NCBI GenBank assembly: GCA_039181265.1 | Contig: JBCDCU010000003.1 | Span: forward strand, 1 to 40,719 | From: Pseudomonadota bacterium | GTDB taxonomy: Bacteria > Pseudomonadota > Alphaproteobacteria > Rhizobiales > JACESI01 | Reading direction: 5' to 3' | Length of the DNA stretch: 40,719 bases | In this document: positions 26,388-36,550 of the stretch, in pieces | Position numbering within the stretch: the first letter of the stretch is position 1 | How the letters are laid out: every line of letters starts with the position of its first letter | The notes under the pieces: generated by a model | The model's database searches: none | The model's input: the letters and a program-made list of their open reading frames with translations, nothing else | What the model was told of the DNA's origin: nothing | Translations under genes and position numbers: made by a program

Positions 26388-29180
26388 ATGAGCCTGTATG
26401 ACAACTATCTGACCGAAATCGACAATCGCAAGCAACAGGGCCTTAATCCCAAACCAATCGACGATGGCGCTTTGATCTCGGAATTGATCGGGATCATCAA
26501 GGATCCAGGGAATGAGCATCGAAAGGATGCCCTCCATTATCTGATCTACAATACCTTGCCGGGGACCACGAGCGCAGCAGGCGTTAAGGCGGAATTCCTC
26601 AAGGAGGTTATTCTCGGTAGCGTACCTGTCGCGGAAATCTCGACCCCGTTCGCCTTTGAGTTGTTGTCGCACATGAAAGGCGGGCCGTCGGTCAAGGTTC
26701 TCCTCGATCTGGCTCTAGGCGACGATCTGTCGATCGCTGAACAGGCCGCCAAAGTGCTGAAGACACAGGTCTTCCTCTATGACGCCGATACAGATCGCCT
26801 CAAAGAAGCGTTTGAGGCCGGAAATGCGGTCGCAAAAGACATTTTGGAGAGCTATTCGAAGGCTGAATTCTTCACGATGCTCCCAGACATTGAAGACGAG
26901 ATCGAAGTCGTCACCTATGTCGCTGCTGAAGGCGATATTTCGACCGACCTTCTGTCACCCGGTAACCAGGCGCATTCCCGGTCTGACCGGGAACTTCACG
27001 GCAAATGCATGATGTCGGAGAAGGCGCAAAAGGAAATCGAGGCGCTGAAACTCCAGCATCCGCAAAAACGGGTGATGCTGATTGCCGAAAAAGGAACAAT
27101 GGGCGTCGGATCTTCGCGCATGTCGGGCGTCAACAATGTTGCGCTTTGGACAGGCAAACAGGCGAGCCCTTACGTGCCGTTTGTTAATATTGCCCCTGTT
27201 GTCGCGGGTACGAACGGTATTTCACCGATCTTTCTCACGACCGTTGGTGTCACCGGCGGTATCGGTATCGACCTGAAGAACTGGGTCAAGAAAGTCGGAG
27301 ACGACGGAAAGCCGATCCTGAACAATGACGGTCACCCGGTTCTTGAGCAGAAATACTCGGTCGAAACCGGGACTGTCTTGAAAATCAACACCAAGACCAA
27401 AAAGCTCTTCAGCGAAGATGGGACCGAAGAGCACGCCGACCTCTCCGCATCGTTCACGCCGCAAAAGATCGAATTCATCAAAGCTGGCGGATCCTACTCA
27501 ATCGTTTTTGGCAAAAAGCTTCAGACGATTGCCTGCGAGATTTTGGGTGTCGAGCTGAATTCACCTTTCGCGCCGTCAAAGGAAATCTCCCATGAAGGGC
27601 AGGGCCTGACCGCAGTAGAGAAAATCTTTAACAAGAACGCGGTCGGCACAACGCCTGGGAAGGTCCTCCACGCCGGGTCCGATGTGCGGGCTAAAGTGAA
27701 TATTGTCGGGTCTCAGGACACGACAGGTCTCATGACCTCGCAGGAACTTGAGGCGATGGCCGCGACGGTTCTCTCCCCAACGGTCGATGGCGCTTACCAA
27801 TCGGGTTGCCATACGGCTTCGGTCTGGGATTTGAAGGCGCAAGCGAACACGCCGCGCCTCATGGCGTTCATGAACAAATTCGGCCTCATCACAGCGCGGG
27901 ATCCGAAAGGCGAATATCACTCCATGACCGATGTGATCCACAAGGTCCTGAACGATATCACGGTTGATGACTGGGCAATCATTATCGGCGGTGACAGCCA
28001 TACGCGCATGTCGAAAGGCGTGGCGTTCGGGGCCGATTCCGGCACGGTGGCCCTCGCGCTCGCAACAGGTGAGGCGACGATGCCAATCCCTGAATCGGTC
28101 AAAGTCACCTTCAAGGGCACGATGGAAGACCATATGGCTTTCCGGGACGTTGTTCACGCGACCCAGGCGCAAATGCTGGATCAGTTCGGCGACAACGTCT
28201 TCCAGGGCCGTGTGATTGAGGTCCATATCGGGACACTTCTGGCGGACCAGGCCTTCACCTTCACCGACTGGACCGCTGAAATGAAGGCAAAGGCGTCGAT
28301 CTGCATCTCAGAGGATGAGACGTTGATCAGCTCTCTCGAAATTGCCAAAGCGCGGATAAAGGTCATGATCGAAAAGGGCATGGATAACGAAAATCGCATG
28401 CTGCAGGGATTGATCGATATTGCGGAGAAGCGGATTGCGGAAATCAGGTCCGGCGAAAAACCAGCTCTGACGCCGGACGACAACGCGAAATATTTCGCAG
28501 AAGTCGTCGTCGATCTCGACAAGATCAACGAACCGATGATCGCGGATCCTGACGTGCATAATGCTGATGTTTCCAAGCGCTATACGCACGATACGATCAG
28601 GCCGATTTCCTACTACAACGCGGAAAAAGAGGTTGATCTCGGCTTTGTCGGGTCCTGCATGGTTCACAAGGGTGACATGAAGATCGTCGCTCAAATGCTG
28701 CGCAATCTCGAAAAAGAACACGGCGAAGTCGAGTTTAAGGCGCCTTTGGTCGTCGCGGCGCCGACATACAATATCATCGATGAATTGAAGGAAGAGGGCG
28801 ACTGGTCCGTTCTACAGAAATATTCCGGCTTTGAGTTTGACGACAACGCGCCAAAACAGGAAGCCAGAACGGAATATGAGAACACGCTTTACCTTGAAAG
28901 GCCCGGCTGTAACCTTTGCATGGGCAATCAGGAAAAGGCGGAGAATGGTGACACCGTCCTTGCGACCTCAACGCGCCTCTTCCAGGGACGTGTGGTAGCA
29001 GACGCCGTGGACAAAAAGGGTGAATCGCTGCTCGCATCGACCCCCGTCGTGGTTCTGGCGGCCATTCTTGGAAGAACGCCGACAATCGATGAATACAAAA
29101 CGGCGGTCGAGGGGATTAACCTTACAAAATTCTCGCCGCCCCAACAAACGCCGGTGGGCGCTCGGTCAGTGCATTACTGA
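26388..29180 (+). CDS. acnB: Bifunctional aconitate hydratase 2 / 2-methylisocitrate dehydratase (long form)
   Basis: N-terminal HEAT-like domain, STDLLSP, GVGSSRMSG, GSQDTTG, GGDSHTR, GSCM, PGCNLCMGNQ and STRLFQGR. Confidence 0.96.
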   Translation: MSLYDNYLTEIDNRKQQGLNPKPIDDGALISELIGIIKDPGNEHRKDALHYLIYNTLPGTTSAAGVKAEFLKEVILGSVPVAEISTPFAFELLSHMKGGPSVKVLLDLALGDDLSIAEQAAKVLKTQVFLYDADTDRLKEAFEAGNAVAKDILESYSKAEFFTMLPDIEDEIEVVTYVAAEGDISTDLLSPGNQAHSRSDRELHGKCMMSEKAQKEIEALKLQHPQKRVMLIAEKGTMGVGSSRMSGVNNVALWTGKQASPYVPFVNIAPVVAGTNGISPIFLTTVGVTGGIGIDLKNWVKKVGDDGKPILNNDGHPVLEQKYSVETGTVLKINTKTKKLFSEDGTEEHADLSASFTPQKIEFIKAGGSYSIVFGKKLQTIACEILGVELNSPFAPSKEISHEGQGLTAVEKIFNKNAVGTTPGKVLHAGSDVRAKVNIVGSQDTTGLMTSQELEAMAATVLSPTVDGAYQSGCHTASVWDLKAQANTPRLMAFMNKFGLITARDPKGEYHSMTDVIHKVLNDITVDDWAIIIGGDSHTRMSKGVAFGADSGTVALALATGEATMPIPESVKVTFKGTMEDHMAFRDVVHATQAQMLDQFGDNVFQGRVIEVHIGTLLADQAFTFTDWTAEMKAKASICISEDETLISSLEIAKARIKVMIEKGMDNENRMLQGLIDIAEKRIAEIRSGEKPALTPDDNAKYFAEVVVDLDKINEPMIADPDVHNADVSKRYTHDTIRPISYYNAEKEVDLGFVGSCMVHKGDMKIVAQMLRNLEKEHGEVEFKAPLVVAAPTYNIIDELKEEGDWSVLQKYSGFEFDDNAPKQEARTEYENTLYLERPGCNLCMGNQEKAENGDTVLATSTRLFQGRVVADAVDKKGESLLASTPVVVLAAILGRTPTIDEYKTAVEGINLTKFSPPQQTPVGARSVHY

Positions 29181-29235
29181 TCGCCCTTTATCTGAACGGA
29201 ACTCCGTCGAGCTGTTGATCGCCGGGTTTGGAATT

Positions 29236-29273
29236 AGGAGGCGCGGACACATGTCCGCGTCTCCTTTCTTTTT
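29236..29273 (+). terminator. Rho-independent terminator of acnB
   Basis: AGGAGGCGCGGAC-ACAT-GTCCGCGTCTCCT followed by TTCTTTTT. Confidence 0.85.
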
Positions 29274-29487
29274 GGGGCTGCTGGCGGGCGGTAGGCGGAC
29301 GAGTGACGTTGAAAATTGTTTCATCTGCCATGCTACGTGGGACGGCTGGATTATATGCGCACGGTAGGATCGACCGGAGGTTAAGGTAAACGGCAAGTCT
29401 CCGTTGTTCCCGCAGAGGATGGCGCCTTATTCTTCTCGCAGACTTTATTGATTTTCGGCGTTCTGCTCCGCAGCGAATAGGTTATTT

Positions 29488-29979
29488 ATGCCGCGTCCTC
29501 TTTGGAAATACTTTCTGAGTCCCTATGGCAGTATTGGCCGCGCAGAATGGTGGATGAGTTTCTTATTCCTGTCCGGCGCAAATCTTACTTTCAGTATCAT
29601 GTTCGGTGTTTGGCCAGGGAATTTGGACAAAGAAATTCATAGAGTCCTTGCCGGGAAGGAGGGCTTTGGCTGGCTTCTCGCATTTCTGTTTTTCATCATT
29701 CCGCTTTTTTGGATGCCTCTCGTCATTAACATCAAGCGTCTGCATGATCGCGGGAAATCGGGTTTTTGGCTGCTCCTTAGCCTCATCCCGATTATCGGGT
29801 GGATTTGGTTGGTTATTGAATGCGGTTTTCTAAAAGGGACTTTGTTTCCGAACAAATATGACGTTGTGAAGAAGGGAGGCGTTGACAAAAAGCTCGCCCG
29901 GCAGCTCTGCAAGCCGCTTTCGCCGGAAAAACGCCGCAGATTGGATGATTGGGCGAAGAGAATGGCTGGCCTCGATTGA
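29488..29979 (+). CDS. DUF805-family membrane protein
   Basis: GSIGRAEWW, IKRLHDRGKSGFWLLLSLIPIIG and GTLFPNKY. Confidence 0.9.
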   Translation: MPRPLWKYFLSPYGSIGRAEWWMSFLFLSGANLTFSIMFGVWPGNLDKEIHRVLAGKEGFGWLLAFLFFIIPLFWMPLVINIKRLHDRGKSGFWLLLSLIPIIGWIWLVIECGFLKGTLFPNKYDVVKKGGVDKKLARQLCKPLSPEKRRRLDDWAKRMAGLD

Positions 29980-30122
29980 GGAGGCGTTAGAAAGCTCGAT
30001 AGTCTTTTGGATAGTTGGGTTTATCGCAGCGGTTGCGAACGGTGGATAGAGACGCTGTGCTTCGCCGCCAAAACCGCTAAGCTTCGCCGGGTAGGGCACC
30101 CTCAATAACCCCCGGATCGACC

Positions 30123-30797
30123 ATGACCATCCTCGCCTTTACGCGACAAAAATGCCCAGAGCTTGCCGCTTTCCTCGAAGGCTGTTGCAGCGCGCCGCTC
30201 AGTTTCGAAGGCGATCATCCGAATTATCATTCAAGCCAGAACCATATTCACCTCTGGGGACTCGAATGGTGGGCCGACCGGCTGCCGTGGATTGATCTTC
30301 AATACCGCTTGGATTTTGTCGAAGAGATCGTAAGGCGCTGGCGGATCCGGCTGAAGGGGCTACCGCCCTATCGGGAGAAGGGTTATCGGCTTTATCTCTA
30401 TGAAGATCTTGCTCCGACGATTTCCGTCGTCGCCGAGACGCCTTACGGCTTTCCTTATCCGGGCGAGCCGACCTTCGTCGCGCAGCGACGCGATATCATG
30501 GCGCTTTATGTGGAGAGAAGCTGGCGCGCTAATTTCGAATTCGAGGAGTTTGCGGTCGGGCCGGACGCGCTTCTTGCCGCAATCGACAAGGCGGCGGGGT
30601 CAATTTCAAATCCGACGGCTAATGCCCTTGGCCTCAAAGTAGGCGCCTTGCGCATTCTGATCGAGCAGATGGGCCTTGACCGGGAAGTGAACCAGATCCG
30701 CAAGAAATACAAACGCCGCCCGGCGCAATTCCGCGAAGAAACCGACTTTCACAAATACCGGGTCCACGAACAGAAGATCGAACCCGGTTATGCGTGA
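30123..30797 (+). CDS. Hypothetical protein with possible C-terminal Fis-like HTH
   Basis: 224-aa ORF with host-like codon usage. LLAAIDKAAGSISNPTANALGLKVGALRILIEQMGL resembles HTH_8. Confidence 0.65.
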   Translation: MTILAFTRQKCPELAAFLEGCCSAPLSFEGDHPNYHSSQNHIHLWGLEWWADRLPWIDLQYRLDFVEEIVRRWRIRLKGLPPYREKGYRLYLYEDLAPTISVVAETPYGFPYPGEPTFVAQRRDIMALYVERSWRANFEFEEFAVGPDALLAAIDKAAGSISNPTANALGLKVGALRILIEQMGLDREVNQIRKKYKRRPAQFREETDFHKYRVHEQKIEPGYA

Positions 30798-30815
30798 AGG
30801 GGACGACGTCTTGAA

Positions 30816-31937
30816 CTAAGCTTGAAGTGCTTCCGCTACCCGCGGCAAATGCGTTTCAAAGGCCTCTTCGTCAAGATCAGGGCCTTGAAGTTGAAGGGGA
30901 GGCATTTTCTTGCGGCGCATGGGCTTTCCCGAGCGCATCTCATAGGCAAGGAGCGGCACGTCCAAGAGCGAAAGACAGCCACCGGTTCCGGAACTTGCAA
31001 GCGCTACATCGAAGTTGTCGGGAGCCCGCAATGCGTCTTCAAACACGTCCTTGCCCTGAAGAATGAGCCAGCACCTGAAATCAGCAAAATCATCGTCGGA
31101 TGATCCGTCGTTCAAGAGATAGGCAAGGGCCCACACATCCGATCGATAGGCACGGGCATTGAGGTTCTGAAGGTGGACGTCAAATGCCTTGATGGCGGTC
31201 GGTTTGAAACGGGCGAGGCGGTCTGTCATGTCATCGATCTGCTGCGCCGTTCCGTTTTCATCGGGACTGCCGACAACTTCCCAAAAGACTTCGTCATCCA
31301 TTGCCCGAGGATCGGGCTTTCCGCGGACGCGTTGCCGCTCTTCCGCTTCGATTTCCGCTCGCTCTGCGGCAAGACGGGAAAGCGCGCTATCGCTCGCGCC
31401 CGCACGAACAAATGTTGCGCGCGCGTCATCCATCATAGCGAGGAGGTCAGCCTTATAGCGGGGGATCGGTTCGATAAGGCCCTCATAAGAAGCGCGTTGA
31501 ACCGCTTCGCTTTCCAGCCAATTGGGATACATTTTGAAACCGCGTTTGCGTGAATCGATCCGGTGCCAGAAAGGTTTCTTCATGTGCGCGAGGTAATTGC
31601 GCCAAATCCGGATTACGCGGTGGCCTTGCCCTTCATCAATCAACCGGTCCATCGCTTTCACCATCCCGTCGTCGGGCGGGCTGAAAGCGATCTCGAATGT
31701 GTAAGTGTAGTAGTCTTCGATTTCCGCATAGAGTTCGCGGTCGAAGTAAGCCTCTTCGACCCGATCCATTGTCGGGCCGGCGTAATAGTCTGCAAGCGAT
31801 GTGCCCTTGACCTGTGTGATGCGCTGCTGATGAAGCAGTTCCACGAGATGCTCAAGAAGATGGTCAAACTCCTGAGAAAGGTTCTTGAAACGTGGGCGAA
31901 ACGTTTCCGTTTCCGTGATCATGACCTCATCATTCAT
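30816..31937 (-). CDS. DUF4240-domain protein with helical N-terminal extension
   Basis: C-terminal MDDEVFWEVV...DVWALAYLLNDGSSDDDFADFRCWLILQG. Confidence 0.82.
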   Translation of the reverse strand: MNDEVMITETETFRPRFKNLSQEFDHLLEHLVELLHQQRITQVKGTSLADYYAGPTMDRVEEAYFDRELYAEIEDYYTYTFEIAFSPPDDGMVKAMDRLIDEGQGHRVIRIWRNYLAHMKKPFWHRIDSRKRGFKMYPNWLESEAVQRASYEGLIEPIPRYKADLLAMMDDARATFVRAGASDSALSRLAAERAEIEAEERQRVRGKPDPRAMDDEVFWEVVGSPDENGTAQQIDDMTDRLARFKPTAIKAFDVHLQNLNARAYRSDVWALAYLLNDGSSDDDFADFRCWLILQGKDVFEDALRAPDNFDVALASSGTGGCLSLLDVPLLAYEMRSGKPMRRKKMPPLQLQGPDLDEEAFETHLPRVAEALQA

Positions 31938-32096
31938 CGTAGACCTGCCTAAAGTATCAAACCCCGGGTGCTTCGGGCTTCGCGATTGGGCCGAATATGT
32001 TCACAGAGTATAAGATAGGAGGGTTAACAGGTGATCAGAGTCGGTCGGGGGATTTTACAGATTTTGCCGCGCATACATTGCGGATATCTGGGATCC

Positions 32097-32915
32097 TCAG
32101 CCAATCGCGCGGCTCAGGATTTCCCGTTGCGCTTTCGTGTCGTGATCATCGCCTTCCAATGAGAAGAATGCCGCTTCAAGGCGCTTGTCGGCTTCCGGGG
32201 AGCTTAAGAAATCCCCGAGACTAGCGAGCGCCGTTTTGTCATCAAGCCAGACGGATCGGAAGAGATAACCCATTTCGTCGTAGTCATATTCCAAAGAGCG
32301 GCGCGCTTCCGCAAGATGGACTGCGGCCATCGGGTCTGGTGCCTTTTCCCAAAGCGTGATCACTCTTTCAGGTTTAAGACCCAAAATGATAAGGGCAACG
32401 GCCACATCGGCACCGTCGGTGTCGAGACTGAGGACATGCCCGATTGGTGCGAACGACACTTCGACGAGGGACAGACGCGCCAGAAAGTACGTTTCAGCAA
32501 AGCGTAGGAGTGTGGCGCGCTCCGTTTCCGGCCAGGAAGGCCAGTTGGCCAACGCGACTGTTCGAAAGGCATTCTCAATACCGAGATTGGAAGGGGAGTG
32601 GCCACACGCGATGGTTTCGAAAATGCGTGGCAAAAAGGTTTTCACCTCATTCATCCAGGCTTCCGTCACCGGCTGGCCCTGATCGCGCGCAACCTTCTCG
32701 CTGGACGCAGCCGATTCCTCCCAGGCCTGGAGAAGGCCGATATCAAGATCACGGACGGGAACGCTGAACTTTTCGCGTTGATAATCATGCGGCATGCACA
32801 TCTCGCACGAACAGACATGGAGCGGGATCCGCGGTGTGTAGTTGCCAAGGACCCGATAAGCCTCCTCAGTTAGGGGAGCGAGTTCCGGAAAGTGATACTC
32901 CTCAGTCATCCGCAA
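32097..32915 (-). CDS. Hypothetical protein (N-terminal CxCxxC, FLPR motif)
   Basis: 272-aa ORF with HVCSCEMCM and KTFLPRIFE. The start may be ATG 32909. Confidence 0.7.
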   Translation of the reverse strand: MRMTEEYHFPELAPLTEEAYRVLGNYTPRIPLHVCSCEMCMPHDYQREKFSVPVRDLDIGLLQAWEESAASSEKVARDQGQPVTEAWMNEVKTFLPRIFETIACGHSPSNLGIENAFRTVALANWPSWPETERATLLRFAETYFLARLSLVEVSFAPIGHVLSLDTDGADVAVALIILGLKPERVITLWEKAPDPMAAVHLAEARRSLEYDYDEMGYLFRSVWLDDKTALASLGDFLSSPEADKRLEAAFFSLEGDDHDTKAQREILSRAIG

Positions 32916-32984
32916 AGATTAGCAACCCCGCGACGGGTCGTCGATCAGACGCACGTCGGGCTCCGCGAACCGGACGATCTTGAA

Positions 32985-34289
32985 TCATTGCCCAAGTCCC
33001 AAAACGCCCGGCAACCACAAGATCAGTCCTGGTATCGCTAGAAGGAGCCCAAGGCGGACGATATCGGCACAGATGAACGGTAGCACGCCGCGTGAGACAT
33101 CGCTCAGGGAAATCCGTGGCGCGACGCCTTTGATCACGAAAAGGTTCATGCCAATCGGCGGCGTGATCAGTCCGATTTCAACGACCGACACCATGAGCAC
33201 GCCAAACCATATTGGATCATAACCAAGCCCGGTGACGAGAGCATGCGCCGGAACGACGGTGAGAAGAATGATCGACAGGGCATCCATGAAACATCCAAGC
33301 ACGATGTAAAAGGCGAGAAGCGCGAGGATGACAAGGGCAGGTGGGAGGTTTGACGCGGTGATCCAGTCAAGCAGCGTTTCAGTAAGTTTCGACTGCTCGA
33401 GAAAGAAATTGAAGAGAGCCGCCCCGATCAGGATCATGAAAATCATGCCTGTCATCGACGCGGTTTCGAGCATACCAGCCCGCAGGGTTTTCGCATTCAA
33501 ACGGCGCCTTGCAAAGGCGATCAAGAGAGCGCCACCGGCGCCGACGGCTGCTGCCTCTGTTGGCGAAAAGAAGCCTGCATAAATCCCGCCGATCACCACA
33601 AAAATCAGAAGAAGGGCATCCCACATGCCGGCAAGGGCTCGCATCCGCTCCGGCCACGCGACAAGCGGGGTTGGCGGGGCCGCATCCGGGTTGCGGGCGA
33701 CGATAATACGGATCGTCACAATATAGAGCCCCGCAGCAAGGAGCCCCGGGATTAGAGCACCGGCAAAGAGTGCGCCGATCGATTCTTCCGTCATCAAGGC
33801 GTAGATCACCAAAAGGATAGATGGCGGGATCAAAACACCCAGTGTGCCGCCGGCTGCGACCACTGCGCCCGCAAGTTTTCTGCGGTAATTGAGCCGCTCC
33901 ATCTCAGGAAGCGCGATCTTGCCCATTGTCGCGCAGGTCGCGAGCGACGATCCGCTGATCGCTCCAAAGACCGCACAGGCCCCGATCGTCGCGGAAGCTA
34001 GACCGCCGGGCCGGTGGCCGACAAACGCGACAAGGCCGCGGAAAAGGTTTTCCGAGAGGCCGGAATGGCCCGCAAAAACACCCATGAAAATGAAGAGCGG
34101 AACAACCGACAGGCCATAGGGAAAGATTGCCTCGAAGGGCAGGCTCGCAATGACGTAGCTTGCCGAAAACCAATCCCCGAGGAGGATCGCGCCGACAATG
34201 CCAACGCTCGCCATGGCGATTGCGACGGGGACCCGGCACATGGCAAGGATAAGCGCAATTCCAAAGCCTGCGAACCCGACCCAGGCCAT
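32985..34289 (-). CDS. dctM: TRAP transporter large permease
   Basis: VPLFIFMG, FGAISGSSLA, AAGGTLGVLIPPS, FSPTEAAAVG and EIGLITPPIGMNLFV. Start ATG 34289. Confidence 0.95.
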   Translation of the reverse strand: MAWVGFAGFGIALILAMCRVPVAIAMASVGIVGAILLGDWFSASYVIASLPFEAIFPYGLSVVPLFIFMGVFAGHSGLSENLFRGLVAFVGHRPGGLASATIGACAVFGAISGSSLATCATMGKIALPEMERLNYRRKLAGAVVAAGGTLGVLIPPSILLVIYALMTEESIGALFAGALIPGLLAAGLYIVTIRIIVARNPDAAPPTPLVAWPERMRALAGMWDALLLIFVVIGGIYAGFFSPTEAAAVGAGGALLIAFARRRLNAKTLRAGMLETASMTGMIFMILIGAALFNFFLEQSKLTETLLDWITASNLPPALVILALLAFYIVLGCFMDALSIILLTVVPAHALVTGLGYDPIWFGVLMVSVVEIGLITPPIGMNLFVIKGVAPRISLSDVSRGVLPFICADIVRLGLLLAIPGLILWLPGVLGLGQ

Positions 34290-34290
34290 A

Positions 34291-34809
34291 TCAGCGCTGA
34301 TCTTCCAATGCGAGCCGGGCAGCACGCACCAGGCACACAATGACGGAAAGACCAAGGCCGAGCACGAGGCTTGCCCAGAACCAGATCATCGGGATTGCAA
34401 GATCCTGAGAGACATCTCCATAACTTTGAATTTCGCGGGCGCGTCCGAAGCTGAGCCAGCACAAAAAGCCGGTAATGAGCGCGCACAAAAGGCTCGCTAT
34501 ACAATCAAGGATGCGGTTCGTGCGTGCACTTAACGACTGGGTCAAAAGGTCAACGCTCACATGCGCACCGACGGAAAAAGCGTAAGGGATCGACCAGGAG
34601 ACCGCTATCATGACACTGAGTTGGGTGAGATCGACAGAGCCGATAAAGGAGGCGCCGCCGATCCGCCTCCAGACAATATCGCCGACGACGACAGCAATCG
34701 CGACGATGAGGGCGAATATCCCGAGCATCGCCAGTATGGACGTTGCTTTCATCAATGCCCGGTCAAGACGGTGGATGGCGTGACCGGGCATAACGGCGGA
34801 CATGATCAT
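34291..34809 (-). CDS. dctQ: TRAP transporter small permease
   Basis: Four TM helices and AHVSVDLL. Lies between the binding-protein and large-permease genes. Confidence 0.9.
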   Translation of the reverse strand: MIMSAVMPGHAIHRLDRALMKATSILAMLGIFALIVAIAVVVGDIVWRRIGGASFIGSVDLTQLSVMIAVSWSIPYAFSVGAHVSVDLLTQSLSARTNRILDCIASLLCALITGFLCWLSFGRAREIQSYGDVSQDLAIPMIWFWASLVLGLGLSVIVCLVRAARLALEDQR

Positions 34810-34822
34810 CGGATGGTATCCG

Positions 34823-35863
34823 TCACGCGCTTTCGAGGCCTGCGACAAGTTCCTGCGCTCTCGCATAAAGCGCGCGCGGGTCTTTCACACCCTGCTTCGT
34901 CATGCCATCGAGGAAGGCGTCGATCATCGGTTGCATCTGATCGCGCCATTCAGAGCGTGTTGCAGTGTCGATCGTGATGATCTCATTGCCACGCTTCACG
35001 GCATCGTTCTTGCCGCGAGCATCCCAGGCATCCCACCAGTCGCCAAAGCGGGAGACCAGCGCATCGCCGGTCATACCGTCCAGAACATCGCGGATTTCCA
35101 TCGGAAGGGCGTCAAATTTACGCTGGTTCATAACAACGTGGAACCCGGCGACATAGGCGCGGGCATCGGTGTGATATTTCAGGAGTTCGTTTGCCCTGAT
35201 GGCGCCGACCAGGTCCCAGGTCGTGACAACACCGTTGAGACTGCCTTTTTGCAGGTTCTCATAAATCGCAGACGGCGGCATGCCGACCGGTGAAGCTCCG
35301 ACGGCTTCAAGCATCGCGGAGACAGCCGGACTTGGCGTGCGAAGGCGAAGACCGGCAAGATCTTCGAGCGCACGAACGGGCTTATCGACCGTATGGAAGA
35401 GCCCGCCATGGTGGGTGAAAAGCCCCAAGACCTTGAAGCCCTGATAATCCGTGCCGAGGGCACCATCCTTGTAAAGCTGCCAGAGGGCTTTCGAACCCGC
35501 ACTCGCATGTTCAACAAGGAACGGCATTTCAATAATCGCCGCCGACGGATAACGGTCCCGCGGGATGCCGTTGAGGCCAAGGGCAATGTCGATCACACCA
35601 GCGCGGACCTGATCGGCCTGGCGGTTGATTTTGCCGAAAGCGCTCGTTGCATCAAAGAGCTCGACGGCGACGGCTCCGTTCGTCCGTTTGGTGATCTCCT
35701 CAGCCCATGGCGCCATGAAATCGGCGGTAAAACCGTGGCGCGGCGGCAGGTAATTGCTGATTTTAAGGGTAACGTCGGCAGCGCGCACCGGTCCGGTAAG
35801 CGCCATCGCTGATGCGGCCGTGATCATCGCAAGTGCGTTACGGCGTGTGACTTGTGTCGTCAT
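34823..35863 (-). CDS. dctP: TRAP transporter substrate-binding protein (Tat signal)
   Basis: TRRNAL twin-arginine signal, LEDLAGLRLR, GASPVGMP and YENLQKG. Confidence 0.92.
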   Translation of the reverse strand: MTTQVTRRNALAMITAASAMALTGPVRAADVTLKISNYLPPRHGFTADFMAPWAEEITKRTNGAVAVELFDATSAFGKINRQADQVRAGVIDIALGLNGIPRDRYPSAAIIEMPFLVEHASAGSKALWQLYKDGALGTDYQGFKVLGLFTHHGGLFHTVDKPVRALEDLAGLRLRTPSPAVSAMLEAVGASPVGMPPSAIYENLQKGSLNGVVTTWDLVGAIRANELLKYHTDARAYVAGFHVVMNQRKFDALPMEIRDVLDGMTGDALVSRFGDWWDAWDARGKNDAVKRGNEIITIDTATRSEWRDQMQPMIDAFLDGMTKQGVKDPRALYARAQELVAGLESA

Positions 35864-35886
35864 GTGATCCTCCCCGATCTTTCTCT

Positions 35887-36537
35887 CTAGTCTGGCTTGG
35901 GTGCTGCCTTGGAAAAGGCTTCTTCGCTCATGCAGCGGTCGTAAATGTCACCGATGCGTTTGAAATCTTCTGTTTTCACGTTGAAGCGGCGGGCGTTGAG
36001 TACCTGCGGGACGAGGCAGATGTCCGCAAGCGTCGGTGCGCTTCCAAGGCAGAACTCGCCGCGCTCTGCCTGGGCTTCAAGCTGGCGTTCCAGAACGCTC
36101 AAACCTTCCCGGGCCCAATGGCTGTACCAGTCCTGACGCGCCTCGTCCGACAGTCCCATCTCTCCCGTCAGGCGCTTTAAAACGCGCGGCACGTTGAGCG
36201 GATGAATATCGCAGGCAATCGCAAGCGCCATGCTCCGCACAATGAGCGCAGTCTGCGGATCTTCGGGTATCAGGCGCGGGCCGGGATAGACCGTGTCGAG
36301 CCATTCGATGAGTGCAATCGATTGGGTATAGGCCACCGCGCCGAAATCGACCGCAGGCACGACCGGCGCGCCGGCAATGCGCAGATAGTCGGGCGTTAAA
36401 TGATCGCCGGTCCGCAAGTTCACGGGCTCGACCCGCGCGGGTGCTACTCCCTTGATGTTCATCGCAATCCGCAAGCGAAAAGACGATGAGGAAAAGGGAA
36501 AGTCGTAAAGAGTGGCCGCTTCGATCTTAAGGGACAT
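35887..36537 (-). CDS. maiA: Glutathione-dependent maleylpyruvate/maleylacetoacetate isomerase (GST zeta)
   Basis: SSSSFRLRIAM, QSIALIEWL, IACDIHPLN and TLADICLVPQV.NARRF. Confidence 0.92.
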   Translation of the reverse strand: MSLKIEAATLYDFPFSSSSFRLRIAMNIKGVAPARVEPVNLRTGDHLTPDYLRIAGAPVVPAVDFGAVAYTQSIALIEWLDTVYPGPRLIPEDPQTALIVRSMALAIACDIHPLNVPRVLKRLTGEMGLSDEARQDWYSHWAREGLSVLERQLEAQAERGEFCLGSAPTLADICLVPQVLNARRFNVKTEDFKRIGDIYDRCMSEEAFSKAAPKPD

Positions 36538-36550
36538 TTGAGCGCTCGCG

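Noticed and set aside
17384-32984. Run of unrelated singleton genes suggesting an integron cassette array or prophage
   Set aside because: Orientations are mixed, there are no recurring attC-like repeats, and no integrase or phage genes are present.
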